NCBI GenBank assembly: GCA_964035545.1
Contig: OZ037765.1
Location: 1,984,001-2,048,000 of the forward strand
Length of the DNA stretch: 64,000 bases
Source: Bugula neritina
Taxonomy: Eukaryota; Animalia; Bryozoa
Direction: 5' to 3'
Shown here: positions 24,282 through 38,703 of the stretch, piece after piece
Layout of the letters: each line of letters opens with the position of its first letter
Numbering within the stretch: the first letter of the stretch is position 1
Made by a program: the position numbers and the translations under genes
The notes under the pieces: model-generated
Told to the model about the DNA's origin: nothing
Seen by the model: only the letters and a program-made list of their open reading frames with translations
Databases searched by the model: none

Positions 24282-27200
24282 AACTCGCTCTATTATAATG
24301 CTTCTAATGGGGGGGGGGGGGGTACTACTTAGCAATGCCGGTCCCTCTCCAAGTGTTGATGCCTGAAGCTGAAGAATCTCGCTTAGAATATGTATTTTCT
24401 TGCTATGGAAACCATAACAAAAGTTTAGTCAAATGGTAAGTAATTTCATCTGCTTGTTTATAGCATAGACTGAGTTCTCTATTATCCTCACCCTCCCAAC
24501 TAAGTCAATATATGTATATGCTAGCTGAAATTCTCAACCCTACATGGCGCAATTGGGGTGGTACATCAGAGCCCCCTCTCTGTCCGGTAACACAACAGAT
24601 CTCTGTTTAGGGAGCAGCTCCTTCATTGGCCTATCGTATGTCTAAGTTGTGAAATTCAACAGCAGATTAGTTTGTATGTGTCACGTAGGCCATCAGCTTA
24701 ACACATCTCAATTATTTCCATCATTTATTATGTATTAAGAGTTGCCTTCTCTTGAAATACTGCTGTAAATACTTGTCATGTGTCAGTTTAGCTGCTGTAA
24801 GACAGATTGATTATTTGAGGGTATAATATTTGTTATTTATTTATACTTTTACAGATGGTGAATCACAATGTCACATGCAGTACGTCACAGTACAGTGTGT
24901 CACAGTACACCGGTCACATCGCAATATGTGATGTCACAAATAGTCCGTGTTATGGTGCCACCTTAGAGAGCAAGGTTTGCCTAGTTAACTGGAGATATAC
25001 ACATAGTTTACATGGTAAGCATGTGTAATGTGCACTATTGTTAGGTTAGTTTGTGTGAATATTTGGACTGTTTGAAGGGCTGCCATTTTATCCATTCTCA
25101 GTTGTTACTTTGACATGAAAAGTCATTCTGATTGATTAGTAACCGAACCTGATGTTAAACTGCCAGTATAAAACTGAATATTGTGTGTAGCGGTAAAGAT
25201 ATTGATATTTAGAGATGGGTTAGAGCTATGTTGTGCTATAATATTAATAGAGATGGCAATGTCTACGACTATGAGCTGTAAAAGCTGAAATTATATCAAG
25301 TTAATTGGCTGGCCTAGTTTTCTGATCATTTTGCTTTGGTTCTCCAATTCTGTGTTGTTTATTTTATATTTACAAATAGAAGAAGTAAACAAGAAGTATA
25401 AAACCACTTTGGTTTGAAAAGTTGCTTTTTTAGACTTTTAAAAACTTTGGTTGTTCCATTATTTAGCAGACAACTGGTTTGATGGAACTAAAACCTTACA
25501 TATCATAGCAGATGCTATTTGAATCGAGGGGTTGTTGTCCCTTGTGTGAGAATTATTCTGTAACATCATAACGCTAGACATTCGCCTGTTGATAAAACAT
25601 AAAAGTATTTTATAATTTTGAAGATTGTAAATTGAGAGTTGTCTTTTCTCTGTTATAAGCTGGAACTTATTAATATAAATTATACATAATTGTTTTCTAA
25701 ATAAATAGAAGCAAATTATTCTAGAACAACCTTGTACATATTTTCTATTGCCACATGTTGAGTCAGTAGCATTTGGTCGGAGTTGTCTTTTCTATTCTCT
25801 GAATATATTATTTTGTAGCCCTAGAGTCCTAGACTGCTGCTAGCTGTACCACATACCTGTCACTCTATCCTTTCACCATCTTCTCTAGGAGCCTAGCTGA
25901 ATACAAAGTTGATTGCACGACTGTGTGTGGCAATGGGCTCATTTCTTTATTCACTTTCCATTTTTGTGCAGTTTTTTCAGATTTAAAAAAATATACATGT
26001 GCAATTACAAGTTAATATATACTGTTCTATTTTTATATTTACACTGTAAGCTAATAATACTGAGTCCAGTGCACTGTTGGCTTGGGGTGAATCTACTTGT
26101 CAGCAATATTACATGTTAATCTACTCTTTAAACATATATTCTATTATATCATAAATAGTTTAATTTATTACTCATTTTCTGTTTTTTTTCTTTTCATTGT
26201 CGATGATTTCATCTACTTAATCACTGTCTAAATACTTAAATATTTCCACCTATTGGGACTTATTTTTTCAAAACCAAATTTATTTCCTTTGTTTCTGTTT
26301 ATAAAATGTTTCGTTAATAAATTACTAGTCACTACTCTCACATTCCGTATCATTTTGATTACAGCATATAAAATATGACATTTTATGATTCTTTGAACGG
26401 CAAATTGTTATAAAAAGCGCAAAAAGCATTCCCAAACAAATACGGTGTATTTTTGGAGACCACAAGCTGAAAGAATTTAGGCAGTTGAATTTATTGTGAA
26501 AATAATAAAAGATTCTCTAGACAGATTTCAGTAGAATTTGTGAATATCTACTGCTATAATTAGCTTGTTCTATTTTTATAAACTTCTCACTTGTGTTGTT
26601 GGCGACATTGCATCTAGATATCTTAAGATAGCTGAGTATTGATATAAAAAGCTAATTCTTGTGATGTGAAACATCTTGGTCACTCGAGGTGAAAGTACAA
26701 CTCAGTTCATCCTGGATTAGATCACACTTGAGTCAAGGTAAACCAACCAACTAACTCCATCTTGATGGTCAGATGGTATTTATTATCCCAACTGTTTGCT
26801 ACACTAAACATGCAATATGTACTTTCATAGAAATGGTTTCAGAGATTATGATGCTAGGTGTTTAATATATTTTTCACTTGGATTTCTTGCAATGTTTCTG
26901 AGCAACAAGAATTGCTAAAGTTTTTATTTCGGAATATTAAAAGAAACCACTTCTTGTTGCTATACATGCTAGTTCAAAATTATCTTTGGTAAGAGTAAAA
27001 ATATTTTCATTTATACTCGAATCAAATAGTTTTCAAATTAGCCAGGCCAACTCTCTAACACTCAAGTTTTAAAGTACAATTGCATCAGAACAAGCTAATG
27101 TTTTCAAGCTTTCTTGATCTATCACAATATCAAGTCCTTGTAGCTATGAATCAGTCGTGTCATGTACAAATATTATCGTAAACAGCACTTGACAATGCTC

Positions 27201-28400
27201 CAAATTGTCTACATTACGCAGTCTTTCACTTTATTAACTGAATAGGAACTACCTTTTGAATTATCTTCTTCAACCAAAGACTTAGTGCATTTGAAGACAC
27301 ATTGTAATTAAATTTAGACTAAGATAGTAATGCATAGTAGAGGGTACGTATAATAGTAATAGCGCGTATTAAGCAACGTAAACAACGAGTGAGAGCAACC
27401 AATGGGCATTGGACATTGAACTAATGCGAACTCGACACTTAATATGCTGATGCTATGCTAAGCAACTCTGCAGCTAAAAATCAATATCCTCGTTTAGTTC
27501 TACTCATAGTTGTTGGAAATCAGCTGATTGTACTGGAAGAGTGAGAAAATATGAGCTTACAGCAGAACTCAAAGTGATACATCAGGTAATCTTCATAGGA
27601 AAGTGTCTATTTATAGATAGAGTGTCTATTTATAGAATTAAGTTTATTTATAGGACTTCATCTCGCACATTTCGTCTAAACCTGCATTTACAGCCGGTGT
27701 TTGAAATATCCAGCTTTACAATTAGTTGTAGTTGCAATGGATAGCCAAATTTTACCAATCTTCCCATGTGTTTACATTGTACATTTCACTTGCAGCAGAG
27801 TGCATTCACCTCTTGCATTTTGTGGTTAATTGCGAACAGAGACTTTGTTTAGTTAACCTTGGCGATAATATTGCCCACATATCTTCATGCTTGCTAACAC
27901 CAACAGTTATTACTGATGCATTCTGGTAACACAGGAAGTCCATCCTGGTTTATAAGTATATTACACAAGATATTTAGTTCATAAACTTCTTCGATGGTGA
28001 TATGCAAAGGTAACAGTTCTAGATTCAGTTTTTTATTAATTTATTTTTAATATATTTTTATTATATATATAAAAAAATGTTATATTATGCATTTATCTAC
28101 TTTGCTAATTTTATGAAAAGTTTACCAAAAAAGATTAAAAACTATTATTTGTTATTTTTAATTGTAGTAGCATAATAATAATAAAATAGTTATACACATT
28201 TGTATTACAGTTTTATACTAAATTTGGCTAAACTCACCCTACTATTATAGCAGCAAGGAAATTTCAGTTGCTATTTTTATTTATTGTTCATCAACCAACA
28301 TATTTTGTATCTAAATGTAGATAGTTCACTAATACTATCGAAAATAACCCACAAGAGAGAAGATAACCCAGTCCGCTGAGCGAGTAAACTGATATTAAGT

Positions 28401-31400
28401 ATGAAACCCAATCAATCTAACCCTGAAGATATGAATGGATCAGTAGAAGACATTGGTGTGGAATTGACGGAGAAGATATATGCAGCAACCACAACACCCA
28501 TACTGGGTCCTCAAGCTAATTCTACAGAGCCTAACGACGGTAAGCTAGTTAATAATAGCTTCATAATGTCCGCTATAGAAAGCTGTAACGTATTCTTTAA
28601 ATTAATGTATGCTTGTGCTCTGGCACAACATACAAATAGTTTTAATTATTCTTGAGTTATATAAAAGCATTAAACGAACAATAATTACAAATTGAAAGTG
28701 TAAAGATTTTTATAATTTTTATTACTAAATTTTGCCTTTGTCAACTTAAAATCAACTAATGCATTGGCAGTTGTTTACAATTCACTCCAGTGTAGTAGAA
28801 AAGCTGCATCTTGTATTAATCAAGCAATTATGGGATAACTTTCCAAGTGTATACTGCCAATAGCAGTGCATTGATCTTATTTAAAGGCACTTGTGCTGAT
28901 GTACTATTTTTGACATGACTAGATTAATTTCTCATCCTTGGTTTTGAACTTGGTTTGAGACATTACTGACTTTCATTAGTAAGAAGACCATTTTTCATGC
29001 GTTTATAAAATTTTGAACAATTACAAATAACAGTGTTTTGTGCTTTAAATTCTTTTTATTTAGGTGGTTCTAGTTACATAGCAAAATACGGGTTCAATAT
29101 TTAGTATAAAAATAGTTTGTGAAAAAGATAAGGGTATAAAGGTCCATTTATTAAACATGCCACTCAAAAGATTTGGTTTGGCATGGAGACAGTCATGTGA
29201 CTTGCAGACGACTCATACAGGAAGTGGACATTTCTAAGCCATTTCTAAACCCAACATAACACTGTTGATTTAGTTACAAAAATACCCTTGCCTAGTTGGC
29301 ACCTTGTCCATTTCTTATTTTATTTGATATGCATTCTTCGTAGATTTTGGACAGAGTTGTGTTGTTTTATATTAAAAATAAATGGGGTAAGGAAATTGCA
29401 AGAAGTTGCTAAGACAATACAGTTTCAATAACTGTGGTCAGTAAACACAATAAAGTAAAAAGCTGGCAGATGATAAAAATAAACTTGTAAGATTTTTGCC
29501 GAAAGTTGAGGATTTAGGTTTCTTAGAGTTTAAGAGATTTTGTTTCAAATATTATTTCATGGGTATCAAGAATCAATGCATGTCAGTCACTGTACTATAC
29601 TTTGTATAGCAATTCAAGATTTTGGTTGTTATTAGCATCTACTAATTTACTAGTCACTTTCAACGTGTCAACACATATCAATATGCTGCTAAACACATGG
29701 AGCATCCGGAGGTGCCTGCTGTGAGAGACATTTTCCCTCATATCATATTCGTGTGGCAGAGGCAGTGTATTCTAGTAGATGCTGACAAAGTACTTTCTGC
29801 TGCCTATACAAAGTTGTGTTAATGAGTCATTTAGTGTTGATTCAGCTGTTCTAGTAAAAACATGTTTGTATAGTGCCCACCAAGTTTGCAATTAGACTGA
29901 GCACTGAACAATAAGCTGTTTTATTGCTGTCAACAATTAAGCTGCTGTTCGGTTGTGTTGTGAAAAAATAAATTCACAGTTTATGTAATTAGTCATGTTC
30001 CTCCTGAATCAGCTTAAACCTGTTCCTTTATTTAGACTTGTTGAAATATAAAGATTTTTGTAATCAGATACATTTATTACCAGGTGGAATAGTCTACTTA
30101 ATGCTATTTTAATTTATACTCTAAATTTCATTTTTTCTGGAATGTGTTTGTTTTTTTTTCACGAAAATATCTTTTTTGGAACTATCATTTTGTAGTGCAA
30201 AAAGCCTAGGAAAATAGCTGACAACTATCAGCTTTTTGATTAAATAGCAAGTGGTAGTTGTTAGTGACCATTTGCTAGCTCCAGCATTTTCTGTTGAACT
30301 TTTTTCTCAACACAATTTGTACTCAACACATTACGGTTAGGTTATAGATCTCATTGACATATCCTTGACCTTTAATCAGGTGTTTCGCAGAACATAGCCT
30401 AAGCAGCTGTTAGTAGGTTGAACTAGATTACACTAACCTTAGTTTAATATTTACCTGCTTCGTATAACTTAAACACATAATTAGTCTTTCTTTTTATTCA
30501 ACAATTAGCAGTAGAAATACTGACCTATGCTACACTGACCAGTGTTACGTAATAATTAGTGAGCACTTCCTTACAATGCCTGGAATACATCATAATGCTC
30601 ATTGCATATAGCATATTAAAGGATTGCTCTATCTTAGTTTATTACAATCACATTATAATTATGAACTATAATCTAATGTGTATGCAAACAATTGTGACTT
30701 TGCAAAGGGATATATGCCTAGAAAACAGCTTTTCAAAATTCCAATTTTGAGGGAGGTAAAATTTTCAGCCATGAAAAAGAATAGCCTAATACGTGACGTG
30801 TGAACGCCAGTAACTATGCTGCACGTGCTAACAATAACGCTAGTATTCAAGGTTGCTGAGCGCAACATCAACCAATAACGCTCAAGCAGTTACAGTGTGC
30901 TATATAGGTCAGCTTTGGTGCGCCCGTAATATTGCACATGACCTAGTTTAGATCGATCGCAGGCATTCATCCTAAAGAATGCATGTTTTTGCAATGCTTT
31001 TTTCTATGTTTACAAGCAAAATATGGCCTAATGTTATCACATACATGTTATTTAACATGTCAAAAAACTATAGATTGAGATAATTCATATTTGCACTTCT
31101 ATAAATATACAAATTACGAGCTGAAAGATCACATCTCACAGTCATATTTCTATAGTTATTCATTTGTATAGTCACGTGACCAGCAGGAATGCTGGCGCTG
31201 TTACGTCACACTTCCCAGCTCATTTCAAAATCGGCGTTTTGGCTGTTACCAATCTACACCCTCAACTTCAACTAACTTTTTCTACCTTTGGTCAAATGCT
31301 TTTTGTCAATGCATGCTTAGAAAAACACAATATTATGTGTGTTTGACCTAAATGGCCATTTATTAGACAAGATAGAGCAATCCTTTAATGGCTTGCCGCT

Positions 31401-34400
31401 CAGGGAGGGCACTGCATTCATACTCTACTACAGTAATTATGGGAACTTTGATCGAACCTGCTGCAGTAAAACTTTTAATTACAGCATTGAAATATAGCTT
31501 ATGTAGATCAAAGCTTTAAAACTCAATCCTCAATCAGCAAACTGAATTACATTAAAGTTTTAATGAATTTTCTTATGTTACTATAACAAAAAGATTAGGA
31601 TTTTGTAATAATTCTACTAACAATTATTATTACTGTAATGGTTTTTATTATCATTATAATAATGCTAATATCCACAATTTTACAGAGCAATAATTATTTT
31701 TTTTAACTTCTTATTTTGCTAATTGAATTTAAATTTATGTTAATTTCACACCAATAATCACATTTACATCCAACCACAGTTAAATAAAATATTCTAACTT
31801 GTCTAATCCAAATTTTGATACTAAAATATCTAGTTGCTAACAAAATAATTTCATTAAGCAAATTTAGTAATAAAGATTTTTTATTTAAGAAAGTTTCTTT
31901 ATGGCTCTGATTCCAGATGACTGGGAAGACTACATTCCAGAGCCACCAGATGGAGGGTGGGGGTGGGTGGTCATGGTAGCCTCATTTGTAAACAACTTCG
32001 TACTAGACGGCATAGCCTACTGCTTTGGGGTCTTCCTGTTGGAGTACGTCAAGTTCTTCAACTCTTCCATAGCCAGCGCCAGTCTCGCTAACTCTTTGTT
32101 GTGTGGAGTCTATCTTCTAGTGGGTAAGTCATTTTCTAGTGAGTAAGTCATCTTCTTGTGGGTAAGTCATCTTTTAGTGGGTAAGTCATCTTTTAGTGGG
32201 TAAGTCATCTTCTAGTAGGTAAGTGTATCTTCTAGTAGGTAAGTGTATCTTCTAGTAGGTAAGTCATCTTCTTGTAGGTAAGTCATCTTCTGGTAGGTAA
32301 GTCATCTTTTAGTGGGTAAGTCATCTTCTAGTAGGTAAGTGTATCTTCTAGTAGGTAAGTCTATCTTCTAGTAGGTAAGTCATCTTCTTGTAGGTAAGTC
32401 ATCTTCTAGTGGATAAGTCATCTTCTAGTAGGTAAATCAACAGGCCTATTCTACTACTTAAATAGTTCAAAATTTAAAATTTATGCTTTTTGCAACTACT
32501 TAGCAATATTAGCAATCACAATCACTAAACTTGTAGGAATATCACAAAAATTCATCTAACTGCAACTTACTTTCTTATAATTTAATTCTACTAAATTAAA
32601 TATATAAATACTACAATTTATACTACATATAATGTTTATCAATAATTGAATTAAGTTTGCTAGACAAAATTTCTGTCAAAATGCATTCAAAAAGAATCAA
32701 GTTAATATATACTCAAAAAATGCTTCGTCATCTGTGCTAAAGCAACAGCAAACCTACGAGTTTAAAATCATGACAAATTTTCCCACATTCATATTCAGGC
32801 ACAACTTTGTTTAAAGGAAACTCTATGTTTATGCTGCTAGCAGTTAAAGTGTACTTAAATCTAATTAGACCAAAATATATGTTTTGTACTTTGTACAAAG
32901 TTTAGATAACTTATAAATCTAAATTTAACACTATAGTTGAACACATGACCTTAGTGAATATTTAATTTAATTTCATTCAAGTTTGAAAAATCAGTCTTTT
33001 GAGGCCTGAGTTTAATATGACTCATGTTAAGTCAGTAGATAAGCTCGACAATCTACTAAAGCTCTTTTTGTGTCAGTAAAAACCTTTAAGCAACATTATG
33101 GGCATAGCTCAAGGCACTCCATAGCTCAGCTAAAAGCCTGGGGGGTTCTCACAAGGTTATTTCTGTGAACTAAAATCATAGTTTCTACTGTGTAGTATGT
33201 GGTGTAGCCTGAGGAGGAAAATTAAAGCTTCTTACATTGACATAAGTCTATATACATTTCATTATACCACTTAGCATAGTTCTAGCACAGAGGCTACTCT
33301 CACATGCTAATGGTTTACAACACTTGAGCCTCATCCAGGGTATAGAGCATAGCAGAGTTAAATTAGAGCTTGTTATAATTATTGCTAGCATCAAAACTCT
33401 CTTTGCTATTTGCTTTTTATCTCTGCTGGGTGTTGAATTATGAAGCTATTTTCTATTCGACACTTTCTTTATACAGAAAGCTTTTCTTGCATTACTGCAG
33501 AATATAACTTTCAGGAGTTGTCTTAACTCTTCTCATACTTTTTCCAAATATTCATATGCAGTAGTTTCAGTAATATAAATAATAATATATGGTACAGGTA
33601 ATAATAAAAGGTAATATACAATAAAAAAATACAATTTTTTAAACAGGGTTCTATGATATTTGAAGTGAAATGCTATGCTAACAATATTATCAATCAAATA
33701 CCATCATACACTATAATATAGTCATATCTGATGGCTCCATACTACATATCATTGATGAGTAAAAAGTAAATAGTTTACTCAAATAACTTCTAACACTTGG
33801 ATTAATATAATTAATATTAAATATTTCCTCAGGCCCGATAGTCGGAGCTCTGGTAAACAAGTTTGGATGTAGACCAGTTGGGATAGCTGGCTCTATAATT
33901 GGTGCATGTGCCTTCCTACTGAGTACTGCTTCAAAGTCTGTGGTTGTTTTCCAACTCACTTATGGAGTTATTGGGGGTAAGCCCACCTAACTAGCTATGT
34001 CAAGGTGAACTCACTATACTAGATAATAATCACAAAACTCCGCTATTTTATTAGTTGATGACTGAACAAAGAGTATAGTCATTTAGAATAGATCTTTTTG
34101 TAAACTATACAAATGATATGTTTGCGAGAAATAATAATATCAGTTTAGTATTAGCAGTTGTCAGTCCATTCGTTTTTAACTTTCTGCAGTATTCCAGCAG
34201 TAGACATATCCTTCTGCATTAACAAAAGTAGACACCCCATACACAACTTACTAGCTTATTAACCATATTTTAATTATCTGTTAAAATTTTCTTGTTACTA
34301 CTTCCACTTTTGAGAGGTAGGTATAGTAATGGAGAAATTAAAAAAAGTCTGTGTTCTAGATTAGAAATGTAGCAAAAGAAGTTATGTTCTTGCAAGAATT

Positions 34401-37400
34401 TCAACTCTTGTCCCAAGCTAAAATTTAATAATAAAATAAAAGAACTAAAGCTATCTCAATTTCTATATTACTGCTCCTAAAACACTTTTGACCTCACTGC
34501 CTGTTAATAATGCATTTCTACTTTATTTCGCATTTCTAAAACTTATAGTTTTCTTCTAACTTGAAATAACATTATCTCACTTTAACTGACATCAGAATAG
34601 TTGTGGTTCTTACTAGCAATGTTACAGGGTTTGGGTTCGGCATGATGTACCTGCCCGCAGTTGTGGGTGTTGGCTATTACTTTGAGAAGAAAAGAGGCAT
34701 TGCTACGGGAATTGCCGTCTGTGGTACAGGTATAGGTGTGTTCTGTATGGCTCCCTTTGGCAAGTTCCTTCTTCACAATGTCGACTGGAAAGGAGCACAC
34801 ATAGCTTTAGGTATAGACTGTGCTTATTCAACTTTTACTTTGCCTTGCTAAACGCTTTAGTGGCAATAAAGTATGGGAACTAAATGAAATATTGTCTATT
34901 GTAATGTTGCAAGACTTGGGCTAAAGCTCTGTTATTTTTAAGCGTATGAAAAAGATCTTTTTTCAAAGTTTTTTTATTTAGAATGATTTTACCAATTATT
35001 ATTTTTAAAGGAAGTTTATAATAAATACAAAACTGAATTATTTAGTTGAAGCCAATATTAAGGTGTTTATAGTCGTTATTAAATTTTAAACATTAAATGA
35101 TTTATTTAAATAAAATGATTGAGTAAACTAATATGTTGTATCAAAGTTGAGCCAGGATCTACAGCAGCTAGATTAATATATTGTAGCTGGTCTGTTACTA
35201 CAAGGATGTATATCGTCAGCACTTATGAGACCTCTCACACCAAAGAGGCGCAGACGGCAGCCTAAAGGAGATGCTGAAAAGACGAATGGCCACACAGCTG
35301 TCCCGTCTTCTGACGACCAAAAGGCTCTGTTAGAGAACGGTGCTGCGCCCACCCAACCTAATGCTGAGAACTCACGCAGGTACACATGCGACTAGTTTAA
35401 TTATTTTTCTAAACACAAACAGTGAAAAAGCACTTTAATTATATAAAGCTCTATTTGCTTTTCTATCATCAAGTGTACCAGTTCCTGCATGTTATCAAAA
35501 CTCCAATTGTATGGTAACGAAATGCTAAACTTAAACTTTGCAATACAAGTTTCAATTTCAACTATTTCCATTAACTATTGAATCAACTCTATAAACCTTT
35601 AGGAAATAATTTGTAATTTATTTTAGTGCATTCAGTGCGTAGAAGTAACACACTGCAAATTCTTTTTGACAAGATTTGAAAAAAATAGTTCCTCTTTTAC
35701 TTTGTCGGGCGGCTTTAGGATTTAATTTTTAAAACTGTGGACATTTAGATGTTACCAAAACTTTAAAATCAGTCTGTACTTTGATATAAATGCTTTTAAC
35801 TTACTGCTATTGAAACTGAAAAGCATTTATTAATCAAATACAAAGTTATAAATAATCAACTTGAATTTAGCTCTACACTGTTATAAGTAAACCATTCATG
35901 TATTCATTTAGCTAACTAACTAGGCTACCCCTGTAAATCTATTTTAAGTTGTCCCCTCCTAAACATATAATTTTAGAAACAGAACTATGAGTAGTACAAG
36001 TTACATAGCTGGGTCAAGGCTGGTAGTGGTGGATTCAGGTACCCCTGCTGATAACATCCACGCCAGTGCTTTTCTGCACACTCCTACCAATGCATCGGGA
36101 GTTGTCAGTCCACATGTCAGTGTACAGAATCTCTCAAGACCTCTATACCGCAAGGACATCTTCTACAGTGGCTCTGTATTGAATGTGTCTCATGTTAAGT
36201 CTAAGATCTCATTGAAAAGCTATGTAGCCAGTATTGCCACTCTTCCATCTGCACACGTAAGTATATTTTTGGAGTTGTCACATTAACCTCGAGTTGTTCA
36301 ATTGAGTAGTAATTGTCATTTTTTTAACCGAGTATCATAATTAGTAAAAATTATTTTGATAATTTTCTCAAACTCTGTTAAAGTTTGAAACATTTTAAAA
36401 TATTAAATAAGTCTATATAGTATATATTAGTCTATATTTCTTACATAAGTTAAATTATAAATTAAAAATTTATGATTAGTCAATTTTAGTAAACATCCAC
36501 GTTAATAACACCATAAGATTGTTACGTTATTATTTTATTTTGTTTGTAAGCAGACAACTTTAAATTAATTGAAAAATATCAATATTCTGTTGACAGGAGC
36601 AAAGCAACAGAATGAGTTGTTTAAACAGTCTACCAAAACCGATGGCGGATATTTTAGCTGAAATGTTGGATTTAACAGTGATGCGGAACAAAGGCATGAT
36701 GGTGCTGTGCGCTGCCAATGTCGTGGGGATGATAGGATACTACGTACCTTTTATTTTCAGCAGCAGCAGAGCTGTGTCTCTAGGCGTCAGTGAAGGAAAC
36801 GCTGCCCTTTTACTCTCTCTAATGGGTGAGAAACTTGTCAGCTCTGTTTAGGACTTTCCAGCTTTTAACTAAGGAAGTCCTTGTTACTTATCCAGTGGTT
36901 GAGTCTTTGCTAGTACAGATGCGTGTCTTTTAGAGTTTACAATGCATAAATTAGAAATTATCCTCTTTAGATAGTCATAAAACGAGCCAATTGAAAGATT
37001 CTAGGTTTGCTATGTCTGTAGTATATAAAAATTTTGCTTCCACTGGGATTTGAACCCAAGACCTCGAGCTCGCAAGCAGGCGCCCTAACCATTACACCAC
37101 AGGGGCTACTGGGTGAACACAACACTACATAGTATTGAATAATTACTGCCTAATTATTTCAAATTCTCATTTTTAAGTCAAAGGAATTAGTTAGCTATAT
37201 TTCAGGTGTCACGCTGACATTATATGACAGGTGTATCTTTCAGGTATATGTAACACAGTGGGCCGGGTGCTCTCAGGTGTCCTGTCTACCATACCAGGAG
37301 TGTCAGCTTTACTCGTCAACAACATATGTGTCACTCTGTGCGGCATTTCCGTGCTACTTATGCCATTCTGCAACTCATTTGCTCTGATGGTAGTGGCCAA

Positions 37401-38703
37401 CAGTGCCTTTGGCCTGTTCGCATGTAAGTTACTAATACAGCATGAATTACAATTCTACGCCTATAATTGAAGCTTATATTGTAAGCAATTCCAAAGTATT
37501 TCAATAAGTTCATGGAATACTCATGTTGTTTGAACCCCAGTAAAGGTCATGGGTGATGCTAGGAAGAGCATCTACTCATAGTTGCTCTTGTACCACACGT
37601 TAATACTTCGAGACCATTTCATTAGGGGCTCTCATGGGGATAGTGCCTATAAACTTTTGTGCGTTTTTATAAAGTACCCATTTTGTTGCAATGCTTAAAA
37701 TTTCAAAGTATAAAAAAGCAATAGTCCTCCACAATGTTATATCATTTTACTTGTGTTGGAAGTATGCTAAACTTATCACATTTTCTCTAAATAACTGTTT
37801 ATATTTTTAAAATCACATGTAAACTACTGGGTGGTTTATACTATGTTGTAGCTACACTCATCTCATTGGCTCCTATTATAATGTGCGAGTTACTGGGACT
37901 AGAAAAGTTGACCAACGGGTTTGGGCTTCTTTGCCTTGTCAGGGGAGTAACGGCAATAGCCGGACCACCAATAGTAGGTAAGGCAGTTTCTGGTAGGTAG
38001 GATAACTTCTCATAGAAGAGACAACTACTGATAGATGAGAGATTGTATAGTATTTAATATATATATGATTTAGTAGACAAGCTGGCCTTGGTAGGTGGGA
38101 AAATTCGAGTAGGGAAGACAAATCCCAATGAGATTGCATATCCAATCACTTGCTCTCACACAGTGTAGGCTATATGTTTAGATACTCTATAAAATATATT
38201 TAATTTAACAATTAATATTTAATTATTGCTATTTAAAATGTTTCTTTATGCACACTGCTTTTCATTTTCACCCATAGAGTTTAGTGTTGGTACTGTTTTA
38301 GTCAGGATTGATGTCATGCTGCCAATAATGTTCTTCACATGCTGGCAGCATATGCTAATGGTTTAAATTTCTTCTTGTAATCTAGTTATTAATTACGACT
38401 AAATAACTAAAAGATGAAAAGCACATGATGAGGTGGTCACAAGATTACAAACTACGTAGCCAGTTTATTCACCTACATATTTTTTATGTAACTGAAGTGA
38501 TATTTTATAGTCTTACATCAAATCGTCAAAAAGTTATGCTTTATGTTTTTGTATTATTCTGCTGTAATGTTCTTGTAGGAATGCTGTATGACATCACCGG
38601 TGACTACAGCGCCACATTTTACGCTGGAGGGGCGTGTCTTATAGCCTGCGGCGGGCTCCATTTCCTGCTCCATCTCAAATATTTCAAAGGAAAGACTGAC
38701 TGA
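28401..38703 (+). CDS. Monocarboxylate transporter family (SLC16/MFS) paralogue 1, MCT12/14-like
   Basis: Exons 28401-28539, 31917-32123, 33833-33976, 34628-34810, 35187-35379, 35977-36256, 36597-36825, 37244-37423, 37852-37977, 38579-38703. Motifs: PPDGGWGW, YFEKKRGIATGIAVCGTG, RKDIFYSGS, NTVGRV, LGLEKLTNGFG, AGPPIVGMLYD. Confidence 0.93.
30620..31384. mobile_element. Non-autonomous TIR DNA transposon, Kolobok-like (TTAA target duplication), 765 bp
   Basis: TTAA|AGGATTGCTCTATCTT... at 30616-30635 and ...AAGATAGAGCAATCCT|TTAA at 31369-31388. The inverted repeat is a perfect 16 bp, extending imperfectly to ~24 bp. No transposase ORF. Confidence 0.82.
32108..32436 (+). repeat. Tandem array of exon end plus 5' splice site (ATCTTCTAGTRG|GTAAGTC, 19-20 bp), about 17 copies
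   Basis: The first copy is the real exon 2 end and donor (32123|32124) of SLC16 paralogue 1. Confidence 0.95.
37005..37131 (-). mobile_element. tRNA-derived SINE-like repeat, copy C
   Basis: The reverse complement reads TGTAGTGTTGTGTTCACCCAGTA-GCCCCTGTGGTGTAATGGTTAG...GGTTCAAATCCCAGTGGAAGCAAAA...TACAGACATAG. Confidence 0.8.
37528..37615 (+). mobile_element. Fragment of a second interspersed (SINE-like) repeat family
   Basis: CCCCAGTAAAGGTCATGGGTGATGCTAGGAAGAGCATC matches the reverse complement of about 59080-59119. Confidence 0.55.

Noticed and set aside
24309-24322. G14 run in the NAA60 3' UTR as a G-quadruplex element
   Set aside because: A single homopolymer run of uncertain true length, with no evidence of function.
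32108-32436. CRISPR-like array
   Set aside because: The units are contiguous with no unique spacers, the context is a eukaryotic intron, and there are no cas genes.
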